A stretch of DNA of 41,938 nt. Origin: a virus. The notes beneath the pieces are model-generated. The model had not been told where the DNA came from. It made no database searches and saw only the letters and a list, made by a program, of their open reading frames with translations. Location: the IMG/VR virus record IMGVR_UViG_3300045988_101439; one strand, written 5' to 3'. Made by a program: the position numbers and the translations under genes. Positions 8,620 through 17,803 of this stretch are shown piece by piece (position 1 is the stretch's first letter; every line of letters starts with the position of its first letter).

Positions 8620-9278
8620 AGCTGAATATATCCGGCGATATCATACCTAACGATAATAAGTGGGTATATGACTGGCTCGGCTACGATGGGACATGCCCGA
8701 GGGATGTCCACGAACTGCTGGAAAAGGCAGGCGGTGGGCCAGTAGACGTTTACATCAATTCCGGGGGCGGGGATGTTTTTGCCGGAAGTGAGATCTATGA
8801 AGCTCTCCGGGATTACTCAGGCGAGGTCATGATCCATGTTATTTACGCGGCGTCGGCTGCCAGCGTGGTGATGTGCGCACGAAGGAGCGTCATTGCGCCG
8901 ACAGGCATGGTGATGGTCCACAATGTGTCCTCCGTTTCACGGGGAGACTATCACGCCATGGATAAATCCAGTGAGATCCTGCAGAAAGCCAATCAGGCGA
9001 TTGCGGCGGCCTATACAGCCAAGAGCGGGAAAAGCGAAGCGGAAATCCTGGAGATGATGGACCGGGAAACCTGGCTGACCGGGCAGGATGCGGTAAACGC
9101 CGGGCTGGTGGACTCGATTTCAGAGGGGAAAATGATAGCGTCCGGCCCCGGCACTCTCCCACAAGAGGTGGTCGACCGAATCAAGGGCGCGATCAAAAAC
9201 CCGTTTCAGGCGAAGCAAGCCAGAAAAGCAAAGGCAGAATTGGAATTTTTAGAATTGAAAGGAGTCTGTGACAGATGA
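8616..9278 (+). CDS. ClpP-like (S14) prohead maturation protease.
   Basis: It contains INSGGGDVFAGSEIYEAL...AASAASVV...MVHN, a Clp protease signature. The GTGA start overlaps the portal stop. Confidence 0.9.
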   Translation: MKLNISGDIIPNDNKWVYDWLGYDGTCPRDVHELLEKAGGGPVDVYINSGGGDVFAGSEIYEALRDYSGEVMIHVIYAASAASVVMCARRSVIAPTGMVMVHNVSSVSRGDYHAMDKSSEILQKANQAIAAAYTAKSGKSEAEILEMMDRETWLTGQDAVNAGLVDSISEGKMIASGPGTLPQEVVDRIKGAIKNPFQAKQARKAKAELEFLELKGVCDR

Positions 9279-10510
9279 CAAAAGAGCAGTACATGAACAA
9301 CAGAAATGCCCTCATCAATGAGGCCAAGACGCTGATCCAGGAGGACAAAATGGAGGAGTTTGAGGCCAAGAAGAAGGAGATCGAGGCCCTGGACGACAAG
9401 TTTGAGAATATGGCGAGGGCTTATGCCAACCTGAGGGCCATGTCCAGCACAGGTGTTATCTCCAACCTTGAAGACCACTCCGTTGATCTGAAGGACGGCG
9501 TACCACTGGAGAGCTGGGGCAAGGATGGGGTACAGAACCGGGAGCTGGAGGACGTGTTTGACAGCAGGGAGTACAAGAACGCCTTTATGCGGCATGTGCT
9601 GTACAATGAGGCGATTCCCCAGCGGTTCCAGAATTCGGACCAGAACACCAAGACTACCGACGTGGGAACCGTTATCCCCACCACCACGATGCAGAAGATC
9701 GTGGAGAAGATGGAATCCATTGGCATGATTCTGCCCCTGGTAACCCATACCAGCTACAAGGGCGGCCTGTCCATCCCCACCTCTACGGTGAAGCCTGTGG
9801 CCAGCTGGGTGGCCGAGGGGGCCGGGAGCGAGAAGCAGAAGAAGACTACCGGCTCGATCACCTTCAGCTACTACAAACTGCGCTGCGCCATTTCCATGTC
9901 CTTTGAGACTACCGTTGTGACCTATCCCATGTTTGAGGCACAGTTTGTCCAGAACGTGGCCGAGGCGATGGTCAAGGCAAAGGAGCAGGCCATTATTTCC
10001 GGCACTGGCACGGGGCAGCCCAAGGGCATCCTGACGGAGACCGTGGAAGAGGGGCAGAACGTGGACATCACGGAAGGGAACAGCATCGCTTATAAGGATC
10101 TGGTGGCGGCTGAGGCAGCGCTTCCCCAGGCGTACGACGCCGGAGCGGTGTGGTGTATGACCAAGAAGACCTTTATGACCCAGGTGGTAGGGATGGTGGA
10201 CAGCAACGGCCAGCCTGTGGCGCGGGTGAACTACGGAACTGCGGGAAAGCCCGAATACTCCATCTTTGGCCGGCGGGTGGTCCTGGTGGGCGACTACATG
10301 AGCTCCTTTGCCGCCAGCGTTTCGGCTGACACCATTGTGGCCTTCATGTTCAACTTCAAGGACTATGTGCTGAACACCAACTATGCGGTGACCGTCAAGC
10401 GCTACACCGATGAGGACACTGATGATGAGATCGTCAAGGCTATCGAGCTGGTGGACGGCAAGGTGGTGGACAAGCATTCCTTGGTCACGGTGACGGTAAA
10501 AAACTCCTAA
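9275..10510 (+). CDS. Major capsid protein, HK97 fold, with an N-terminal coiled-coil delta domain.
   Basis: The protein is 411 aa and follows the protease. The N-terminus is K/E-rich and helical, and the body resembles HK97-family capsid proteins. Confidence 0.9.
   Translation: MTKEQYMNNRNALINEAKTLIQEDKMEEFEAKKKEIEALDDKFENMARAYANLRAMSSTGVISNLEDHSVDLKDGVPLESWGKDGVQNRELEDVFDSREYKNAFMRHVLYNEAIPQRFQNSDQNTKTTDVGTVIPTTTMQKIVEKMESIGMILPLVTHTSYKGGLSIPTSTVKPVASWVAEGAGSEKQKKTTGSITFSYYKLRCAISMSFETTVVTYPMFEAQFVQNVAEAMVKAKEQAIISGTGTGQPKGILTETVEEGQNVDITEGNSIAYKDLVAAEAALPQAYDAGAVWCMTKKTFMTQVVGMVDSNGQPVARVNYGTAGKPEYSIFGRRVVLVGDYMSSFAASVSADTIVAFMFNFKDYVLNTNYAVTVKRYTDEDTDDEIVKAIELVDGKVVDKHSLVTVTVKNS
10498..10504 (+). 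promoter_or_regulatory. Candidate -1 programmed ribosomal frameshift heptamer A_AAA_AAC, ending 3 nt before the capsid stop codon.
   Basis: The zero frame reads gtA AAA AAC tcc taa. The -1 frame is open from here to 10776. Confidence 0.5.
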
Positions 10511-10776
10511 CAACAGTAACGCCGACGGAGGCAGCATTCAGCAAGGCGTCGCCCGCTGATGTTGTGGTTACTGTAAGCTCTCCGTCGGGAGTAAGTCTGT
10601 CAAAGCTGACCTTGATTGAAGAAACTGTGACAAAGACCGGAAATTACACCTATTCTGGAGGAAAGCTGACCCTGAAATCTGCGTTACTGAGCGCAAAGGA
10701 TGATGGGGCGAACGTGTTTGTGCTCCACATGTCGAACGGGGACACGGCAAGCGTTACAGTGACTGTCGGGGCATAG
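10498..10776 (+). CDS. Ig-like (CBM_X2/Big-like) domain, probably a frameshift-dependent C-terminal extension of the capsid protein.
   Basis: The -1 frame reads KKLLTTVTPTEAAFSKASPADVVVTVSSPSG...GKLTLKSALL...TASVTVTVGA with no stop. The stand-alone GTG 10564 has no RBS. Confidence 0.55.
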   Translation, partial: KKLLTTVTPTEAAFSKASPADVVVTVSSPSGVSLSKLTLIEETVTKTGNYTYSGGKLTLKSALLSAKDDGANVFVLHMSNGDTASVTVTVGA

Positions 10777-10792
10777 AAAGTGCGGTGATCAG

Positions 10793-11077
10793 GTGACACT
10801 TGTTGAAGAAGTCAAGTTACGGCTCCGTGTCAAAAGCACCTCCTTCGACGGGGGGGAGATCCAGCCTCTGATCGACGCCTGTAAGCAGGACCTGAAGCGG
10901 GTCGGTATCAATGTGGATGATACCGACCCACTGGTAAAACAGGCCATTGTCTTTTACTGCAAGGCGAATTTCGGCTTCTCCGAGGACTCCGAACGCTACC
11001 GGGCGGCTTATAATTCTCTCCGGGATTCCATGGCCCTGTCCGGGGAATATGGAGGGGCGCCAGATGCTGTACCGTGA
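10793..11077 (+). CDS. Head-tail connector (gp6-like) protein.
   Basis: The call rests on size, position after the capsid gene, and the motifs LIDACKQDLKRVGI...AIVFYCKANFG. Confidence 0.72.
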   Translation: MTLVEEVKLRLRVKSTSFDGGEIQPLIDACKQDLKRVGINVDDTDPLVKQAIVFYCKANFGFSEDSERYRAAYNSLRDSMALSGEYGGAPDAVP

Positions 11078-11375
11078 TGTTGCGGAATTGATCGAGGTTA
11101 ATGCGGCGGAGGACAGTGACGGCTACGAGGGAGCCATGACGGAAACACGCACCGAGGTTTTCGTTGATGTCAAATCTGTGCGCCGGGCAGAGTTCTACAA
11201 AAGTATGCAAGCGGGTATGGAACTGGTGATCGCGTTTGATCTGCGGGTATGCGACTACTCCGGTCAGAAGCGTATTGAGCACGGCGGAAAGCAGTACCGT
11301 ATTGTGCGGGCGTATACCAAAGACGGGGAAATGATGGAGCTGAACTGTTCCGAGTACAAGGGGGATCGTCCATGA
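11064..11375 (+). CDS. Head closure / head-tail adaptor protein.
   Basis: ATG 11064 follows GGAGGGG. The pattern ...TRTEVFVDVKSVRRAEFY...YRIVR... is typical of SPP1 gp16-like proteins. Confidence 0.68.
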   Translation: MLYRDVAELIEVNAAEDSDGYEGAMTETRTEVFVDVKSVRRAEFYKSMQAGMELVIAFDLRVCDYSGQKRIEHGGKQYRIVRAYTKDGEMMELNCSEYKGDRP

Positions 11376-11740
11376 CGGTAAACGAGCGCATTAAGGCCGC
11401 GCTAGATCCGATAGGGCTCCCGGTAAAGCCGGACCGATATAAAGGCGAGGCGGAAAGCTATCTGATCTTCCAGTATTCCACATTGGGTGACGGATACGCA
11501 GACGATGCGCCGGGGTTTGAACGCTGTCTGATCCAGGTCCACTATCTATGCCCGGCCGGAGTTAACTCCCTTGCGATCCGGAAGCAGGTCAAACGCAGCT
11601 TGTTCCAGGCCGGCTTCTCTTGGCCGGAGGAGGTCAACGCCGGGGACGGCGCGATGCAGAAGAATGATGAGAACAAACAGCACTATGTGTTTGAATGCGA
11701 GTGGCTGGAGGGGATAGAGGATGGCGCGGATCAGCGTTAA
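11372..11740 (+). CDS. Neck or tail-completion structural protein.
   Basis: The call is by synteny. The ATGA start overlaps the upstream stop. Confidence 0.5.
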   Translation: MTVNERIKAALDPIGLPVKPDRYKGEAESYLIFQYSTLGDGYADDAPGFERCLIQVHYLCPAGVNSLAIRKQVKRSLFQAGFSWPEEVNAGDGAMQKNDENKQHYVFECEWLEGIEDGADQR

Positions 11741-12143
11741 CGGCCTGGACGGCCTCATGGACGATTTGTTGGCGGTTGCCGAGATCCCGGACGATGTGGC
11801 GGAAGAAATGCTGGACGCTGAAGCGGCTATTGTGGAGGAGGCCCAGGTCTATACCGGGATGAAGATGGGCGTCTACCGCAGCGGCGAAACCCTGCGATCC
11901 ATTACCCACGGGAAAATGAAGCGGGGCAAGGACGGCCAGCGGAGCAAATACGTGTATCCTCGTGGAATCAACGAAAAAGGGGAGCGAAACGCAGCAGTGG
12001 CTTTTATCAATGAGTTTGGCGCACCACAACGAGGAATTCAAGCCCGCCCGTTTATCCAAACAGCCAACGAATTATCTGCTGACGAGGCAGTAAAAGCGGC
12101 GGAAGACGTTTATGACAAGTATCTGAAATCAAAAAATCTATAA
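11721..12143 (+). CDS. HK97 gp10-family morphogenesis (tail terminator-side) protein.
   Basis: It contains ...AAVAFINEFGAPQRGIQARPFIQTA..., the characteristic gp10-family motif. Confidence 0.78.
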   Translation: MARISVNGLDGLMDDLLAVAEIPDDVAEEMLDAEAAIVEEAQVYTGMKMGVYRSGETLRSITHGKMKRGKDGQRSKYVYPRGINEKGERNAAVAFINEFGAPQRGIQARPFIQTANELSADEAVKAAEDVYDKYLKSKNL

Positions 12144-12157
12144 CGGAGGGAATTTTT

Positions 12158-12739
12158 ATGAGTAAAGTAAAGATCGGGGCCAAGTACCCCTGTTTTGCCC
12201 CCATTGAGACCGAGCCTGCAGGAAAGCTGCCTACTTATTCCACACCAATTACTGTAATTGGCGAGCTGATCAGCTCTAATTTAACCATTACGCTGGCCAC
12301 CGGCGAGCTGTACAGCGACGACGCGCTGAACATCTCGGTATCTGATTTTGTCAGTGGACAGGTCGCCATGACGACTGACGGCTTGGATGACGAAGCGGCT
12401 GAGGCCATTTATGGTGCGACCATCGAGGAAGAGGGGAATCTGGTCAAATACAATGTGGGCGACGAGGCCCCCTACGGCGGCCTGGCTTACTACTGCCAGA
12501 TGAAGAGCAAAGCAGGCGGGACCTACTACAAGGGATACTATTTCCCCAAGGTACAGGCGGCCATGGGGAACGACAACAGCTCCACTAAGGGCAGCTCCGT
12601 GACCTTCTCCACAAACAACACCAACTTTACGGTGATGAAGGCGGACAATGGCGACTGGATGCACACGGAGATTCTGGACAGTGAGACGGCAGCCAAAGCC
12701 TGGGTCTCCTCCGTGCTGACCACCTCCCCCGCCGGTTAA
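12158..12739 (+). CDS. Major tail (tube) protein.
   Basis: The protein is 193 aa and sits directly upstream of the chaperone and tape-measure genes. AACGGAGGGAATTTTT precedes the ATG. Confidence 0.85.
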   Translation: MSKVKIGAKYPCFAPIETEPAGKLPTYSTPITVIGELISSNLTITLATGELYSDDALNISVSDFVSGQVAMTTDGLDDEAAEAIYGATIEEEGNLVKYNVGDEAPYGGLAYYCQMKSKAGGTYYKGYYFPKVQAAMGNDNSSTKGSSVTFSTNNTNFTVMKADNGDWMHTEILDSETAAKAWVSSVLTTSPAG

Positions 12740-12742
12740 GCA

Positions 12743-13132
12743 TTGAAGGCGCGTAGGATCACCCTTGCGGGCCAGGACTACTATCTGACGTTCAACGGCG
12801 CGGCCATGTTCGAGGTGGATGACCGATTTGGGAGCGCGACAAAGCTGTTAGATGCGGTCAACGTTCCTGGGAGCAAGGGCTTTGACGCATTGTGCGGGGG
12901 GCTGGCTATTCTGGCGGAGCAGGGGGAATTGGCCCGGCGGGCATTAGGATACGACAGGGGACCCGTATTGACAGAGGAAACCGTCCGGGCATTGACCGCC
13001 CCGACAGAGCTTGCCTCTTTACGGACGGCGCTAGTCACCGCAATCTTGGTCGGTTTTGGCCGGGAAGTGGAGTCTGAGCAGGACGTGGACCTGGGCCTGC
13101 TGGAATTGGAGCAAAAAAAAACGAACATTTGA
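12743..13132 (+). CDS. Tail assembly chaperone (G-like).
   Basis: The call rests on its position between the tube and tape-measure genes. A slippery A9 run lies near the 3' end. Confidence 0.75.
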   Translation: MKARRITLAGQDYYLTFNGAAMFEVDDRFGSATKLLDAVNVPGSKGFDALCGGLAILAEQGELARRALGYDRGPVLTEETVRALTAPTELASLRTALVTAILVGFGREVESEQDVDLGLLELEQKKTNI

Positions 13133-13266
13133 GCCGGGCACAGTATTTGCGCCTGGGGCTTGCCCTGGGGCTTAATGCGGCAGAAACAATGGCGCTGGCC
13201 CCAGGCATACTTTTTGATCTGTTAGAGTTGCGGCGGCGTGAGCGGACAGAGGAGGCGGAGGACTGA
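13114..13266 (+). CDS. T-like extension of the tail assembly chaperone, reached by a -1 frameshift at A_AAA_AAA.
   Basis: An A9 run spans 13113-13121. The -1 frame is open (KKNEHLSRAQYLRLGLALGLNAAE...RTEEAED) up to TGA 13264-13266, which overlaps the tape-measure ATG. Confidence 0.7.
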   Translation, partial: KKNEHLSRAQYLRLGLALGLNAAETMALAPGILFDLLELRRRERTEEAED

Positions 13267-16200
13267 TGGCCACAAGGACGATTTCAACCCGGCTGGTGCT
13301 GGAAGGGGAGGCCGAGTATCGGGCCCAGCTGAAAAACGTCAACAGCGAGCTTGCGCTCCAGAGATCAGAGCTTGCGAAGGTCGAGAGCCAGTACCGAGCC
13401 AGCGCCAACAGTATGGAAGCACTGTCCGCCAAAGGGACCGCTCTCCAAGCTGTCTACGACGCGCAAAAGACCAAACTGGATCTGTATTCCTCCCGATTGG
13501 AGTCTGCAAAGGCCGCAGAGGCGTCGTTTGCCAATCAGGCGGAGGAATCCCGCGCTAAACTGGCAGAGTATCAGAGCCAGCTTGCGGCGCTGCAGCAGAC
13601 CACAGGGGCTGCCGCGGAAGAAAAGGAAAAGCTGGCGGCCCAGATCGAGGCAGAAAATAAAACCCTTGAAACAGCAGAGTCCATGCAGCAAAAAGCGGCA
13701 AATTCGGCTGCCTACTACCAGAAACAGGTCAATCAGGCGCAGGTATCCCTTGATGACCTGAACGAAGAGTTATCCCAGAACAGGAAGTACCTTGAGGAAG
13801 CCGCACAATCCGCCGATGGATGCGCGACGTCGATTGACAGGTATGGGAAGAGCGCGGAGCAGACCAAAAGCGCGGTGGACTCTTTGGCCACTGCTTTGGC
13901 AGCGGCGGGCGCGGCGGCAACGCTGAGGGAGATCGCCGAGGCGATCTGGTCGTGCATCGATGCGTCTATTGCGTTTGAAAGCGCGATTACCGGAGTAAAT
14001 AAGACGGTAGAAGGCACGCCAGAGCAGCTGCAAGCGATCTCGGACGGGATCAAAGAGATGACCACCGAGATCCCGGCAACAACGACAGAAATCGCCGCTG
14101 TGGCGGAGGCCGCCGGACAACTGGGGATCGCAACGGACGATGTATTAGCCTTTACCCGCGTGATGATCGACCTTGGGGAATCCACCAACCTGTCTGCTGA
14201 AGAGGCGGCGACCGCGCTTGCCCAGTTCGCCAACATAGCGGGAACGAGCGCGGCAGACTATGAGCGGCTAGGCTCGGTCATCGTAGGCCTGGGCAATAAC
14301 TTTGCCACTACTGAAGCCGAAATCACGGAGATGGCTACCAGGCTTGCGTCGGCTGGAAGCCTGGCGGGGCTGACGGAGTCAGAGATTCTGGCTTTGGCAG
14401 CGGCCATGTCCTCCGTGGGCATTGAGGCGGAAGCGGGCGGTACCGCTATGACCCAGACGCTGGCCGCTATGGAGAAGGCAGTCGCCAACGGGGGGACCAG
14501 CCTTGAACAGTTTGCAGAGATTTCCAATATGTCCGCCTCTGAATTTGCAGCCGCATGGGGGAACAGCCCGATTGCGGCGATCCAGGCATTTATTTCCGGC
14601 CTGGGTGGGCTGGAGGAGAAGGGGGAAAGTGCTGTCCTGGTTCTGGAGGAGATGGGACTATCGGGGGTCCGGCAGTCCAATATGCTCCAGAGCTTGGCGC
14701 TTGCCTCAGACCAGATGACGGGAGCGGTCAGGCTGGCAAATCAGGCGTGGACGGAGAATACATCCCTTGCGGAAGAGGCCGGGAAGCGGTATGCGACCAC
14801 TGAGAGTAAACTGGCGATGACCGCCAACGCCGCAAATAATGTGAAAATTGCGATTGGGGATGTGTTATCTCCGGCACTAGGCGTGCTGGCTGAAGCAGGA
14901 ACCGGCGCATTCAGCTGGGCAGCTGATTTTATCGAGGAAAACCCGTGGCTGGTGTCAGCTATAACAGCGGTCACGGCGGGCCTTGCGGCGTTGACAGTAG
15001 GTGTTACAGCCTTTACGGCGGCTACCACGATTGGCACAGCGGCAATTAAGGCATTCCAGTTGGCGCTTTCCGCTACGCCCATTGGTGCGGTTTCGTTAGC
15101 GATTGGAGCGTTAGTTGGTGTTGTTACAGCGTTTGCCAGTTCAGCCAAAGATGCGTCAGAGGCGAGCGACGAATTCCGGGAAAGCCTGGAAGAGACTAAA
15201 GCTGCATTGGAAGAGAATGTGGCGACAGCGGAGGAGAGCGTACAAAATCTGTCCTCTGTGGCGGAATCTGTACTTCAATTAGCGGGAGCGGAGGAAGAAT
15301 CCGCTTTCCAGCAAAAGGCGATGCTGGAGCTGATCGACCAGCTAAATCAAGCAATCCCTGGGCTGAATTTAGCTTATGATGAGCAGACCGGGAAGCTGAA
15401 TATGACAGCGGATGCACTCCGTAATGCCGCAGAAGCAGAGGGAGAGCATCTGATTCAGGCGGCAGCGATCCAGACATACAACGACCTCCTGACCCAGCAG
15501 GCCGCTATTGCGGCGGAGCTCCAGAGTGCAGAGGTAGAACTGGAAAAGGCGAGAGCGGCAAACAGCGCGGAACAAGAGCGGGAAACGGTAAATGGCAGGG
15601 AAGTAATCCGCGTGAATACCGAACTTGCCGAAGCCCAGGGAGAGGCCGCATCCACAGTGGCAGAGCTGCAGAGTCGGTATGATGCGCTCCAAGAGGAATT
15701 GGCTGCGCTCCAGGGGGAGTACGGAGATCTGACCGATGCGCAGGGTGAGAACAGCGAAAGTGCTGTGGATTCCACCGAGAACCTTGCCGATCTGCAAAGC
15801 GCCTTAGAGGATGTTACAGACTCCGCAAGGGCTTTTTCTGATGCGGAGGACACGCTTTCTTCTGCGCTTCAGGAGCAGACCGAAAATGGGACGCTAAGTT
15901 TGAGCACGACCCTTGACCTTATTGACGCCGGGTATGCAGCGGCCTTCGCAATCAACGAGGAGACTGGGGCAGTTACCATCAATAAGGATGCCTATATAGC
16001 AATCACACAGGCGAAGTTGGATGCCCAGATTGCCACGCTGAAGACACAAAAGGCCAGTGTGGACGCTGCGCTTGCCATGCAGGACGAGGCCCTGATGGCC
16101 ACAGAGCTGGGAAGATCGTACTACAGTGCGGCAGAGGCGAAAGAAGCCTTGGAGGGGCAGACAAAGTCCTATGAGGCCCAGATCGCGGCCCTGGACCATC

Positions 16201-17429
16201 TGAAAGGCTCCCTAAACAGCTATTCCTTTACATACACCTCCACAGTCCGCACCACTGCGTCTGTATCCAAGCGGGTTCAGACCCAGGCGGAGCAGGATCT
16301 GGAGGCATACAAGGAATTAAAGGCCAAGCTGGACCATGAACAGGCCATGGACCTCATTGGGGAGCAGGCGTATTACGCCAAACTGAAGGAGTACCGAGAC
16401 CAATACCTCACAGATGAGGACAATCTGGACGAGTACAGAAGCGTCACAGAGAAAATATATCAATACGATCAATCCCTTGCGGAACGGGAATCCAAACTGT
16501 GGGAGGAGCAGACGGAAGCTCTTGCGGATGAGTTGCAAAACCGGGTGGATACGATCCTGGAGCAGCAGGAGAAAATGGAGGACCGCCTGTCCGGGTACGG
16601 GGACCTTTTTTCTGTAGAGGAGGATCAATTGGCACTGGAAAGCATCCAGAGCCAGATCGACGCGATTAACGACTATGAGGCCGCCATTACTTCCCTCCGG
16701 GACAGAGGGCTTTCTGACGGCCTGTTAAACGAAGTGCTGAGTATGGACGTGGACGAGGCCACCGCTTACGCGCAGCAACTGCTTGACATGACGGACGAGC
16801 AGTGGAATGAGTATAACGAACTTTGGGAGGAGAAGCAGCGGCGGGCCATTGAGGTAGCCCAGCAGTTCTATCAAGACCAGCTGGATACGCTCAAGACAGA
16901 ATACGACGACAAGCTGGCACAGGCGCTCTCGGACCTGACAGACACCTCTTATGTCAGTGGGCAGGATACCGCCCAGGGGCTTATTGATGGACTGAAATCC
17001 AGAGAAAGTGCGCTGTATCAGCAGGCACAGGCTATGGCAGACCGGGTTTCAGAGATCCTTTCATCCGTCAGCACGCAGGATGTGAGGGTGGACGGCTCCC
17101 ACGCGGGAGGCCTCCCTTATGTGCCATATGATGGGTATATTGCTCAACTACACCAGGGGGAACGAGTGCTGACTGCTGAGGAGGCACGGGCCTATATTGC
17201 CCGGTCTATGCCAAACAACCTTGAACTGCCCAAGGAGGTGAACCAGACCCAGACGATGGGGCGTATGCTTTCCCAGGCAGTAAACGCAATGACGGAGAAC
17301 CGGACAAATACCGGCAATGGGGACTTGTATATTGACATCCCGATCAATGGGACCACCTTCTGCCGGGCAATCCTTCGGGATTTCCGAACTGTATCGAAAG
17401 CCAACCCGGAGGTGCAATCTGGATTATGA
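13266..17429 (+). CDS. Tail tape measure protein.
   Basis: The protein is 1387 aa with extended coiled coils. It contains the TP901-type core ...TEIAAVAEAAGQLGIATDDVLAFTRVMIDLGESTNLSAEEAATALAQF... and hydrophobic segments. Confidence 0.95.
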   Translation: MATRTISTRLVLEGEAEYRAQLKNVNSELALQRSELAKVESQYRASANSMEALSAKGTALQAVYDAQKTKLDLYSSRLESAKAAEASFANQAEESRAKLAEYQSQLAALQQTTGAAAEEKEKLAAQIEAENKTLETAESMQQKAANSAAYYQKQVNQAQVSLDDLNEELSQNRKYLEEAAQSADGCATSIDRYGKSAEQTKSAVDSLATALAAAGAAATLREIAEAIWSCIDASIAFESAITGVNKTVEGTPEQLQAISDGIKEMTTEIPATTTEIAAVAEAAGQLGIATDDVLAFTRVMIDLGESTNLSAEEAATALAQFANIAGTSAADYERLGSVIVGLGNNFATTEAEITEMATRLASAGSLAGLTESEILALAAAMSSVGIEAEAGGTAMTQTLAAMEKAVANGGTSLEQFAEISNMSASEFAAAWGNSPIAAIQAFISGLGGLEEKGESAVLVLEEMGLSGVRQSNMLQSLALASDQMTGAVRLANQAWTENTSLAEEAGKRYATTESKLAMTANAANNVKIAIGDVLSPALGVLAEAGTGAFSWAADFIEENPWLVSAITAVTAGLAALTVGVTAFTAATTIGTAAIKAFQLALSATPIGAVSLAIGALVGVVTAFASSAKDASEASDEFRESLEETKAALEENVATAEESVQNLSSVAESVLQLAGAEEESAFQQKAMLELIDQLNQAIPGLNLAYDEQTGKLNMTADALRNAAEAEGEHLIQAAAIQTYNDLLTQQAAIAAELQSAEVELEKARAANSAEQERETVNGREVIRVNTELAEAQGEAASTVAELQSRYDALQEELAALQGEYGDLTDAQGENSESAVDSTENLADLQSALEDVTDSARAFSDAEDTLSSALQEQTENGTLSLSTTLDLIDAGYAAAFAINEETGAVTINKDAYIAITQAKLDAQIATLKTQKASVDAALAMQDEALMATELGRSYYSAAEAKEALEGQTKSYEAQIAALDHLKGSLNSYSFTYTSTVRTTASVSKRVQTQAEQDLEAYKELKAKLDHEQAMDLIGEQAYYAKLKEYRDQYLTDEDNLDEYRSVTEKIYQYDQSLAERESKLWEEQTEALADELQNRVDTILEQQEKMEDRLSGYGDLFSVEEDQLALESIQSQIDAINDYEAAITSLRDRGLSDGLLNEVLSMDVDEATAYAQQLLDMTDEQWNEYNELWEEKQRRAIEVAQQFYQDQLDTLKTEYDDKLAQALSDLTDTSYVSGQDTAQGLIDGLKSRESALYQQAQAMADRVSEILSSVSTQDVRVDGSHAGGLPYVPYDGYIAQLHQGERVLTAEEARAYIARSMPNNLELPKEVNQTQTMGRMLSQAVNAMTENRTNTGNGDLYIDIPINGTTFCRAILRDFRTVSKANPEVQSGL

Positions 17430-17803
17430 CGCAAATCATTCTAAATAACTCCATCTATCTTCCAGAAACCAGCAAGGATAAATATCGATGCTACCCCGCC
17501 CAGCTTGGGACCCAGGTGGATATGATATCCGGGCGGCGTGTTTCGGAGATCCGGGGCTTGGTTTGGGTAGTCGAGTATAAATATGACTACATGGGAAATG
17601 ACCTGATGCGGCAGGTCAACACCGTGCTGCGGAGCGGACAGTCCTTCCCAGCGGCGGTGCTAACCGACGAGAGCGACGGGCTGACGGTTTCCACCTTCCT
17701 GACAGAGAGTTTCCCCACGCCCTCCTTTGCCTTTTCCAGAGGGGGCGTCCCCTTCTGGCACAATGTGAGCTTTACACTGCGGGAGGTGCGCCCCCATGCT
17801 TGA
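17426..17803 (+). CDS. Small distal-tail (Dit-position) protein.
   Basis: The call is by synteny only. The start overlaps the tape-measure stop. Confidence 0.5.
   Translation: MTQIILNNSIYLPETSKDKYRCYPAQLGTQVDMISGRRVSEIRGLVWVVEYKYDYMGNDLMRQVNTVLRSGQSFPAAVLTDESDGLTVSTFLTESFPTPSFAFSRGGVPFWHNVSFTLREVRPHA

Noticed and set aside
9206-10537. A 443-aa ORF on the minus strand, the longest antisense ORF in the window.
   Set aside because: It lies exactly antisense to the major capsid gene. Its composition is strongly biased (H/L/G/V-rich, repetitive) and it has no RBS. It is a typical shadow ORF of a GC-rich, codon-biased gene.
10564-10776. A stand-alone 70-aa gene after the capsid gene, as listed in the ORF track.
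   Set aside because: No Shine-Dalgarno precedes GTG 10564. The frame is open upstream all the way to a slippery heptamer in the capsid gene, and the Ig-like domain would be truncated. I reinterpreted it as a frameshift extension.
13351-17434. Numerous 60-170-aa ORFs in alternative frames or on the antisense strand within the tape-measure gene.
   Set aside because: They are shadow ORFs inside a single 1387-aa coiled-coil gene. Their low-complexity A/R/S/P composition is typical of off-frame translation of Ala/Glu-rich coding DNA.
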